Part shown: positions 54,281 to 64,000 of the stretch, one piece after another | Numbering within the stretch: the first letter of the stretch is position 1 | How the letters are laid out: every line of letters starts with the position of its first letter | Source: Gammaproteobacteria bacterium | GTDB taxonomy: Bacteria; Pseudomonadota; Gammaproteobacteria; Ga0077536 | Direction of reading: 5' to 3' | Length of the DNA stretch: 64,000 bases | Assembly: GCA_963662545.2 (NCBI GenBank) | Contig: CAXXLL010000002.1 | Location: forward strand, 512,001-576,000 | The notes under the pieces: generated by a model | Database searches by the model: none | The model's input: the letters and a program-made list of their open reading frames with translations, nothing else | What the model was told of the DNA's origin: nothing | Translations under genes and position numbers: made by a program

Positions 54281-54369
54281 GGCATTGTCAGACTAACTTG
54301 CTCGGAGCGGTAGAGCCAACAATCGAGGTCTCTCAGGCTGCAAGTCGACGCCACCCGGCCAAAGCGGCG
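54281..54369 (-). mobile_element. 3' end fragment of a second IS6
   Basis: GGCATTGTCA IR plus transposase C-terminus AALAGWRRLAA*. Confidence 0.75.
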
Positions 54370-55306
54370 TGTAAATCGGCGTGCAAAAATGACCCACTTA
54401 CGGGGGTGATCGGTGTGCAAAATTGACCCACCTTCAACCATGCTGTCTGACCTATTTTAGTCAGGGAGCATATGAAGGAGATGTTGACGGTGGAGACGAT
54501 CAGGAAGATTCGATTAGCAGCACGTGATGGCAAGAAGTCTATTCGCCAGATAACAAAGGATTTCAACGTATCGCGCAATACGGTGCGTAAAGTTCTAAGG
54601 AGTGATCAGACGCACTTCGAGTATCACCGAGATACGGTGCACCGACCCAAGCTCGGTCCGTTTATCGATACATTGACGACGTTGTTGAAGCACGATCAGC
54701 CTCTGCCGTTGAAGCAACGGCGTACAGCGCAAGGTTACTACGAGGCACTGCAGGCCGAAGGTTACCGCGGTGCTTACGATAGCGTGCGTCGTTTTGTGAA
54801 GAACTGGCGGGCAGAACATCAGGGAAGTCCTACCGACGCCTACATCCCACTCGTATTCGAGCCCGGCGAGGCCTTCCAGTTTGACTGGAGCCACGAGAAG
54901 ATCGTCATTGCCGGGGCCATGACCGACGTGAAGATTGCCCACATCCGCTTGTGTCACAGCCGACTGTTCCTGACCGTCGCTTATCTTCGCGAGTCACAGG
55001 AGATGGTGTTCGATGCCCATCGCAGAGCCTTCGAGTTTTTCGGTGGCGTCACCCGGCGCGGCATTTACGACAACATGAAGACGGCCGTGTGCCGCATCCT
55101 GCGAGGCAAGGAACGCGACTTCAACCGCCGCTTCGAGGAACTGGCCAGTCATTACCTTTTTGAGCCGGTGGCCTGTACGCCGGCCGCGGGCTGGGAGAAA
55201 GGTCAGGTGGAGAACCAGGTGCGCACGGTCCGACGGCGATTGTTCACGCCCACGCGCAAAGCCGCGAGCCTCGATGATCTCAACCACGCACTACGGGCGG
55301 AGTGCC
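54370..55306 (+). mobile_element. IS21-family element, istA (from 54472) truncated by IS66; no istB
   Basis: TG terminus with repeated TGCAAAA(A/T)TGACCCAC; PGEAFQFDW, YDNMKTAV, GWEKGQVE. Confidence 0.92.
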
Positions 55307-57658
55307 GTAAGCGGTTAAACCAGACCGTCATTCCGATTTAAATGGCAGTGAGTTAGTTTGCCAGGTTTTCCGTCCCGTTAGGAGCCTGGCACATGACACC
55401 ACAACGCAAATCCCGCTGGAAGCGCCGTACACCCGCCGCGTGGCGAGCATTGTTCGCAGAGCAAGCCCAAAGTGGGCTCTCGGTCAAAGCTTTTTGCGCG
55501 CAACGCGGCATCGGTTATTCAACCTTTGCGCGCTGGAAGTCGGCATTATCCGGGGCGGAGCAAACCGCGTCACAAACAATCCCCTTCATTGAGTTATCAC
55601 CGCCACGGTCATCGTCAAATGATGGTTGGGATGTCGAGGTCACCCTGGGCCCCGATATTGTGTTGCGGTTGGCGCGTCGCTGATGTGGTCAGCGCCTTGC
55701 GGTTTGCGCATTTGGTTGTGCCGGTCGCCGACCGACATGCGTAAATCTTTTCACGGCTTGTCGGCTTTGGTCCGCCAAGGCTTAAACGAAGACCCGCTCG
55801 ACGGTGCGTTGTACGTTTTTGTGAATCGCCGACGGACATTGCTGAAGGCGTTGTACTTTGAAGTAGATGGTTATTGTATCTGGAGTAAACGATTAGAGCG
55901 CGGTCAGTTCCAAGTACGTTGGGACAGCGACGTCAAACAGCGGCTCCAACGTAGCGAATGGCAATGCATTATTGAAGGCATCGACTTACGTTCAGTGCGT
56001 CGATTAAGGCGTTTTAATTTACCTGAAAACGATCGACGTTCAAGCGTGCAAACGTTATAATTCACGCTCATGAAAGAGGGCTGCGTCACACTGCAAACTC
56101 CCCTCGATGCGACGATGTTACAAGCAGAAATCACCGCCCTTAAATCGCAAGTCGCACAACTCACCCATCAACTCGACTGGTTCAAACGCCAACTGTTCGG
56201 CCGCAAGTCTGAACGGCGTTTAATCGAGCCCAATCCGGACCAACCGCAACTGGATGGCTTTAACGTAGCGCGGCCTGAGGCAGCGCAAGTTGAGAAAGAA
56301 ACCATTACGTATCAACGGCGCAAAGGTAAGCGTCGTGATGCGGATTGTGTGACCGAGCAAGGCTTGCGGTTTGATGACTCGGTGCCGATCCAAACCATCC
56401 GCTTATCGGTACCGGCAGACCTGGCGGGTGACTTTGAATCGATTAGCGAGAAGGTGACCTATCGGTTAGCGCAACGGCCGGGGGCGTATGTGGTATTGAA
56501 GTACATCCGGCCGGTGGTGAAGCGCAAGCGCGATGGTCAAATCGTTACCCTTGCGGCGCCGGAAGGTCTGTGGCCCGGCAGCATGGTGGATGTGAGTGTG
56601 GTCGCTGGGATGCTGGTCGACAAATTCGCCTATCACTTACCGTTGTATCGCCAACATCAGCGACTGGCGATGAATGGCATTACGGTATCGCGTGCTAGCT
56701 TGACGCAATGGGTGAAGAAAGCGAGCGGCTTACTGCAACCGATTTATCTGGCGCTGTTACGGCATATCTTGCAATCGAAGACGCTGGCGATGGACGAGAC
56801 GCCGGTCAAGGCGGGCCGCGCAGGTAAAGGCAAGATGAGAACGGCCTGGTATTGGCCGATCTATGGCGAGGCGGATGAAATCGCATTTACCTTTGCGCCG
56901 AGTAAAGCGCGCACGCATATCGAGAAGACCTTGTTGGACTTTAAGGGCACGCTGTTAACGGATGGTGCGGCGGCTTATGCCCGCTATGCGATTGAACACG
57001 AGGATGTGGTGCACGCGCAATGCTGGGCCCATACAAGACGCCAATTCGAACGGGCGTTGTCAGATGACCCACCAGGCGCCCATGCCGCGCTTGAACTGAT
57101 AGGTCAGCTGTATACGGTTGAGGCCACTATCCGCAAGCAACAAATGGAGGCAGTGGCGACGCAGGCGACTCGCGGTTTACATGCTTTGCCGGCGGTGGAT
57201 GCGTTCTTTGCTTGGTTGCATGGGCAACGCCAGCGGCTGGACTTATTACCCAGCCAACCGTTTACTAAAGCTGTCGGTTATGCGAGTGAGCGTGAGGGCG
57301 CATTGCGGATTTATCTATCAGATCCGAGTGTCGCCATTGATACCAATCACTTAGAGCGTGCACTTCGGCCTATCCCGATGGGGCGCAAGGCGTGGTTGTT
57401 TTGCTGGACGGAGGTGGGTGCCGAGCATGTTGGGATCATCCAGAGTTTGCTCTGCACGTGTCGCTTGCACGGTATCAACCCGTATACCTACCTGGTCGAT
57501 GTGCTGCAACGGATCGCGATCCATCCGGATAGTGCGGTGGAGCAGTTGACGCCGCGGGTATGGAAATCGATGTTCAGTGATAACCCGCTACGGTCTGATT
57601 TGGCCGTGACCAACACACCGCAGAAACGAATTCAAGACGTCGCCGTTTAACCGGTTAC
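55307..57658 (+). mobile_element. IS66-family element B (tnpA 55393-55683, tnpB 55683-56060, tnpC 56070-57650)
   Basis: GTAAGCGG...CCGGTTAC termini; related to element A but clearly diverged. Confidence 0.95.
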
Positions 57659-58373
57659 GCTACAAGGCATCAGATATGCCGCGATGATCTCGACTCTCAC
57701 ATTTGACAAGCTGGTCACCATATATGAGCGCTACCTCGATGATAACGATATCGAACGGGACGCGACCGAGAGCCTACTGAAATTTCTGGATTGGAATGAA
57801 GTCGATGAGGAGCAATTCGGACAGGAGGTCAAAATAGTTCTTGCCTCTGCTGAGTTCTCCAAAGAGTTAACGACCTCGGTTATGTGGTTAAACGATTACG
57901 GGCTGGATATCCGCTGTGTACGGATGAACCCTTATACAAGTGACGGACAGATTTTCGTGGATGTTCAAACGGTCATTCCGATCCCGGAAGTGGCCGACTA
58001 CCAGGTACGCATTCGCGAGAAAAGGCAGAGGGCGCGCGAGTCTAGAAAAAGCTCGAGAGATTTCATGTACCCGAAGTACGCTGATATAGAGAACCCTTTA
58101 CTCTGTTACATCCACCAACATGGTGGAGCCAGCTACGAAGTTAGCGCAGACGAGACCTATGAGCCGTTAGCTGACCACTTCAGTCTCACCGAAGAAGAAA
58201 GACGGCGTACTCTGGATGAATATCAAGGGCACGGTGGCGCCCGTCCTGTTTGGAGTAATAGGATTCAGTGGGCGAAAAAAGCACTTAAAGACAAAGGCTA
58301 TCTCGCGCCTTCGGCGCGCGGTAGATGGCGTCTCTCAGAAAAAGGAGTGGAAACTGCCGATAGGCTTTCCTGA
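57659..58373 (+). pseudogene. 3' half of the NucS-like endonuclease with a C-terminal Mrr_N-like winged helix
   Basis: Resumes LQGIRYAAMIS after the duplicated GCTACAAG; C-terminus P.Y...PLL, LA..F.LTEEER, NRI.WA...L...G.L....RG.W.L.E.G. Confidence 0.82.
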
Positions 58374-58389
58374 GTGTCAATCCCTTTAG

Positions 58390-60092
58390 CTGGTGTCCGT
58401 CCATAAACAGGCATTTTCTTCGATGGGCACGGAGAAATCGAGGTGTTGAAAGTAGGTTGTTGGAGCGGTAGCGGCGGTTCGGTGGGGGTCGAAGGGCTCT
58501 TCGAGCGTAATTGTGAGTACGTTCGCCGGCCGCAGAGCGCTGCAACCCAAAGTCGCCCGTTCGACGATATCGAGGAGGTCAGTTAGTGCGAGTGAACGTC
58601 GCTATTCGAGTTGATAGCGCGCGAGCAGGCTGAGGTTGTAGGCGACCACAGAAGACCACACGTAGGCTTCGAAGTGCGGCAGGCTCTTCCAGGTGCAACG
58701 TGCCAATCCGTATGCACGCTTCAGGCAGGAGATACCGGCCTCGATGCCGGCGCGGAAGTTGCGCAAGCGTCGATAGACCCACTGACTCTTGACCATGTCG
58801 GCGATCGCGAGCCCGCGCTTCTTGTGGAAGGCAACGTCTTCGATGCCTTCTGCTTTCGCCGCCCGGAGATTGTCGAGGCTCGCATAGCCGCCATCGGCGG
58901 CGACCTGTCGTGGCATCGTCCCGTAGTGTGTTCGATGCCGTTCGAGCATCGGCATGAAGCGCTGACTATCGACCGGATTGCCTCGCTCGATGACCACGTC
59001 GAGGATGAGGCCACTGCGCCCCGAAGCCAGATTGATTTTGTGTCCGTACTGAACGTCGCGCGCACCCTTTATGATGATGTCGGTATGCGGCTCGAACAAG
59101 CTCACGCACTTCTCGCTCGCGGGGACCTTCTCACCGCCGAACACCCGCCGCTCAGTTTGCGAAATCACCTGCAGAACAAGTGTTTCGTAGTGCGCTACCT
59201 GCGCTAGCCAGTCCGGCAGTTCAACGCCGGTGACGCCCGGGCTCAGCAGCTGCTCACGTACCCTCGCTACCGCTTCCAAGGTTGAACGCGTCGCCCCAAT
59301 CAAATCGCGATACAGACGTTGGCGTTGCTTCGCACCACGCGCATACCACAGCGCCCGCGCACGCTTCTTCGCCAATCGAGTGTGGTTCACGAAGCACAAC
59401 TCCGGCGCGCCAGGCAACTCGCGCGCCTGTGCGAGCAGACGAACCACAACACGCACGCCATCCCACAGCAGATGACTGTCGCTCGGCGCGTGGATGGCAC
59501 TGTCCGTTACCGTGCTATCAATCCGTACACGCTGTGCCGGCTCAATGCGCGTCTCTTTCGCCGTCGCCAGCAGGGCGCGATGAATAGACTCCCACGTCGA
59601 TACCTGGATCGCCGAGACCACCCGCTGTAAGGCAGACTTCTTCGGACGTTCATTACCCGGCAACCGGGCGAAGGCCTGAAAGCTCGCCGAGTCCTGCAGG
59701 TGAAAGGCCAGCTCCTCGTAACTCAATTGCCGGTGCTGCTTGAGCACCGCGCAGCGCAGCACCGACTCCGCCGACAGTCCGCGTCGACCGGTGGGCTTCA
59801 AACCCCGCCGACACAGATCGTTCATGACCGGCGTGAGGACCTTGGGGTGAGCATCGAGCCACTCGGACATGCCCTGCAGCTCTCGCCCCAGGTCATGGTC
59901 AGCAAACAGCTCGTATATACTCGCTTGGGCCGTGCGTTTCTGACGCATTCCCCCTCCTGTGGTGTCGATGATTGTGTGGAAAATCAGAGGTTTGAAGTTC
60001 CATTAGATCACGACCCACCGGAGGTTTCGATCCCTTAAGCGACAAATTTTCCTTTTTATTTCAACCGCATCGCGTTTAGGGATGCACACTAG
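58390..60092 (-). mobile_element. ISNCY-family element, tandem copy 1 (transposase 58602-59948)
   Basis: 1703-bp unit, IRs CT(G/A)GTGTCCGTCC / GGATGCACACTAG; R.DST, SLFE.HT, ADGGY, FRAGIEA.IS.LKR. Confidence 0.88.
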
Positions 60093-61795
60093 CTAGTGTC
60101 CGTCCATAAACAGGCATTTTCTTCGATGGGCACGGAGAAATCGAGGTGTTGAAAGTAGGTTGTTGGAGCGGTAGCGGCGGTTCGGTGGGGGTCGAAGGGC
60201 TCTTCGAGCGTAATTGTGAGTACGTTCGCCGGCCGCAGAGCGCTGCAACCCAAAGTCGCCCGTTCGACGATATCGAGGAGGTCAGTTAGTGCGAGTGAAC
60301 GTCGCTATTCGAGTTGATAGCGCGCGAGCAGGCTGAGGTTGTAGGCGACCACAGAAGACCACACGTAGGCTTCGAAGTGCGGCAGGCTCTTCCAGGTGCA
60401 ACGTGCCAATCCGTATGCACGCTTCAGGCAGGAGATACCGGCCTCGATGCCGGCGCGGAAGTTGCGCAAGCGTCGATAGACCCACTGACTCTTGACCATG
60501 TCGGCGATCGCGAGCCCGCGCTTCTTGTGGAAGGCAACGTCTTCGATGCCTTCTGCTTTCGCCGCCCGGAGATTGTCGAGGCTCGCATCGCCGCCATCGG
60601 CGGCGACCTGTCGTGGCATCGTCCCGTAGTGTGTTCGATGCCGTTCGAGCATCGGCATGAAGCGCTGACTATCGACCGGATTGCCTCGCTCGATGACCAC
60701 GTCGAGGATGAGGCCACTGCGCCCCGAAGCCAGATTGATTTTGTGTCCGTACTGAACGTCGCGCGCACCCTTTATGATGATGTCGGTATGCGGCTCGAAC
60801 AAGCTCACGCACTTCTCGCTCGCGGGGACCTTCTCACCGCCGAACACCCGCCGCTCAGTTTGCGAAATCACCTGCAGAACAAGTGTTTCGTAGTGCGCTA
60901 CCTGCGCTAGCCAGTCCGGCAGTTCAACGCCGGTGACGCCCGGGCTCAGCAGCTGCTCACGTACCCTCGCTACCGCTTCCAAGGTTGAACGCGTCGCCCC
61001 AATCAAATCGCGATACAGACGTTGGCGTTGCTTCGCACCACGCGCATACCACAGCGCCCGCGCACGCTTCTTCGCCAATCGAGTGTGGTTCACGAAGCAC
61101 AACTCCGGCGCGCCAGGCAACTCGCGCGCCTGTGCGAGCAGACGAACCACAACACGCACGCCATCCCACAGCAGATGACTGTCGCTCGGCGCGTGGATGG
61201 CACTGTCCGTTACCGTGCTATCAATCCGTACACGCTGTGCCGGCTCAATGCGCGTCTCTTTCGCCGTCGCCAGCAGGGCGCGATGAATAGACTCCCACGT
61301 CGATACCTGGATCGCCGAGACCACCCGCTGTAAGGCAGACTTCTTCGGACGTTCATTACCCGGCAACCGGGCGAAGGCCTGAAAGCTCGCCGAGTCCTGC
61401 AGGTGAAAGGCCAGCTCCTCGTAACTCAATTGCCGGTGCTGCTTGAGCACCGCGCAGCGCAGCACCGACTCCGCCGACAGTCCGCGTCGACCGGTGGGCT
61501 TCAAACCCCGCCGACACAGATCGTTCATGACCGGCGTGAGGACCTTGGGGTGAGCATCGAGCCACTCGGACATGCCCTGCAGCTCTCGCCCCAGGTCATG
61601 GTCAGCAAACAGCTCGTATATACTCGCTTGGGCCGTGCGTTTCTGACGCATTCCCCCTCCTGTGGTGTCGATGATTGTGTGGAAAATCAGAGGTTTGAAG
61701 TTCCATTAGATCACGACCCACCGGAGGTTTCGATCCCTTAAGCGACAAATTTTCCTTTTTATTTCAACCGCATCGCGTTTAGGGATGCACACTAG
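60093..61795 (-). mobile_element. ISNCY-family element, tandem copy 2 (transposase 60305-61651, Y-to-D change)
   Basis: Same unit; ADGGDAS instead of ADGGYAS (position 60589). Confidence 0.88.
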
Positions 61796-63498
61796 CTAGT
61801 GTCCGTCCATAAACAGGCATTTTCTTCGATGGGCACGGAGAAATCGAGGTGTTGAAAGTAGGTTGTTGGAGCGGTAGCGGCGGTTCGGTGGGGGTCGAAG
61901 GGCTCTTCGAGCGTAATTGTGAGTACGTTCGCCGGCCGCAGAGCGCTGCAACCCAAAGTCGCCCGTTCGACGATATCGAGGAGGTCAGTTAGTGCGAGTG
62001 AACGTCGCTATTCGAGTTGATAGCGCGCGAGCAGGCTGAGGTTGTAGGCGACCACAGAAGACCACACGTAGGCTTCGAAGTGCGGCAGGCTCTTCCAGGT
62101 GCAACGTGCCAATCCGTATGCACGCTTCAGGCAGGAGATACCGGCCTCGATGCCGGCGCGGAAGTTGCGCAAGCGTCGATAGACCCACTGACTCTTGACC
62201 ATGTCGGCGATCGCGAGCCCGCGCTTCTTGTGGAAGGCAACGTCTTCGATGCCTTCTGCTTTCGCCGCCCGGAGATTGTCGAGGCTCGCATAGCCGCCAT
62301 CGGCGGCGACCTGTCGTGGCATCGTCCCGTAGTGTGTTCGATGCCGTTCGAGCATCGGCATGAAGCGCTGACTATCGACCGGATTGCCTCGCTCGATGAC
62401 CACGTCGAGGATGAGGCCACTGCGCCCCGAAGCCAGATTGATTTTGTGTCCGTACTGAACGTCGCGCGCACCCTTTATGATGATGTCGGTATGCGGCTCG
62501 AACAAGCTCACGCACTTCTCGCTCGCGGGGACCTTCTCACCGCCGAACACCCGCCGCTCAGTTTGCGAAATCACCTGCAGAACAAGTGTTTCGTAGTGCG
62601 CTACCTGCGCTAGCCAGTCCGGCAGTTCAACGCCGGTGACGCCCGGGCTCAGCAGCTGCTCACGTACCCTCGCTACCGCTTCCAAGGTTGAACGCGTCGC
62701 CCCAATCAAATCGCGATACAGACGTTGGCGTTGCTTCGCACCACGCGCATACCACAGCGCCCGCGCACGCTTCTTCGCCAATCGAGTGTGGTTCACGAAG
62801 CACAACTCCGGCGCGCCAGGCAACTCGCGCGCCTGTGCGAGCAGACGAACCACAACACGCACGCCATCCCACAGCAGATGACTGTCGCTCGGCGCGTGGA
62901 TGGCACTGTCCGTTACCGTGCTATCAATCCGTACACGCTGTGCCGGCTCAATGCGCGTCTCTTTCGCCGTCGCCAGCAGGGCGCGATGAATAGACTCCCA
63001 CGTCGATACCTGGATCGCCGAGACCACCCGCTGTAAGGCAGACTTCTTCGGACGTTCATTACCCGGCAACCGGGCGAAGGCCTGAAAGCTCGCCGAGTCC
63101 TGCAGGTGAAAGGCCAGCTCCTCGTAACTCAATTGCCGGTGCTGCTTGAGCACCGCGCAGCGCAGCACCGACTCCGCCGACAGTCCGCGTCGACCGGTGG
63201 GCTTCAAACCCCGCCGACACAGATCGTTCATGACCGGCGTGAGGACCTTGGGGTGAGCATCGAGCCACTCGGACATGCCCTGCAGCTCTCGCCCCAGGTC
63301 ATGGTCAGCAAACAGCTCGTATATACTCGCTTGGGCCGTGCGTTTCTGACGCATTCCCCCTCCTGTGGTGTCGATGATTGTGTGGAAAATCAGAGGTTTG
63401 AAGTTCCATTAGATCACGACCCACCGGAGGTTTCGATCCCTTAAGCGACAAATTTTCCTTTTTATTTCAACCGCATCGCGTTTAGGGATGCACACTAG
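61796..63498 (-). mobile_element. ISNCY-family element, tandem copy 3 (transposase 62008-63354)
   Basis: Same unit; followed by CTAG. Confidence 0.88.
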
Positions 63499-63502
63499 CT
63501 AG

Positions 63503-63966
63503 GAAATTCCGTCGCTTGATAAGCGGCTGACTTGCGGCTGAACTTCACCAATCGACAGGCTCGACGTTGGCTCATTGAATACCTTTGCTGCAAATAGCCG
63601 ACGACAGCGCGCCGCTGTGCCGGCTTCACCACTTTTTTTGCACAACGTCCTCCAGCGCGGTCTTGTCGAGTCGCGTCTCGGCGAGCAGCCGCTTCAGCTT
63701 TGCATTCTCGGCTTCGAGTTCCCGTAATCGCTTCGCATCGGATATCTCCATGCCGCTGAACTTTTCCTTCCAGCGGTAAAACGTGCCGTTAGCGATACCG
63801 TGTTTGCGAATGACTTCCTGGGCCGGCATCCCAGCTTCGTGCTCTTTGAGGATCGAAATGATCTGTTCTTCGCTATAGCGCTTGCGCTTCATATCGAGAC
63901 CTCCCTTGGGTCAATTTTGTGGGAAATCTCCTAACGAATTTGGCTACCTTTTTGGGGGAAAGGTCA
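63503..63966 (-). mobile_element. IS3-family (IS407-like) remnant: orfA 63626-63892, orfB truncated
   Basis: MKRKRYSEEQII.ILKE.EAG, slippery A7G site, TG terminus at 63966; orfB stops at the ISNCY junction. Confidence 0.88.
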
Positions 63967-64000
63967 CCTCTTAATTCGAGTCACGTGGAATGTGGGAGAT

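Noticed and set aside
58390-63498. Possible CRISPR or satellite array
   Set aside because: Repeat unit is a 1.7-kb transposase-coding IS; no short repeat-spacer structure or cas genes seen anywhere in the window

Overview
GC-rich, probably gammaproteobacterial window with two halves. (1) 1-41.5 kb: two rSAM/selenodomain-associated glycosyltransferase-like genes, then a ~40 kb Pseudomonas/Vibrio-type polar flagellar cluster (ycgR-flgNMA, flgB-L, fleQ-fleS-fleR, fliE-R, flhBAF-fleN-fliA, a lone cheY, motCD, DUF2802-like). Clear sigma54, sigma28 and sigma70 promoters are visible. The cluster has no fliC, flaG, fliD or fliS: a perfect sigma28 promoter in the flagellin slot drives only a 68-aa FliT-like ORF. 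It also lacks chemotaxis genes at all three usual positions. Signs of erosion include a frameshifted flhA, an ATA start on flgA, and three MITE insertions. (2) After tRNA-Ser(GGA) at 41.7 kb lies a dense IS graveyard (IS3 x4, IS66 x2, IS1595, IS6 x2, IS21, and a head-to-tail ISNCY trimer). It contains a broken TonB-dependent receptor and a 10.5-kb element bounded by two different IS66s. That element has an 8-bp target duplication and splits a NucS-like nuclease gene carrying a C-terminal Mrr-type winged helix. All family assignments come from motif recognition by eye; no database searches were run.
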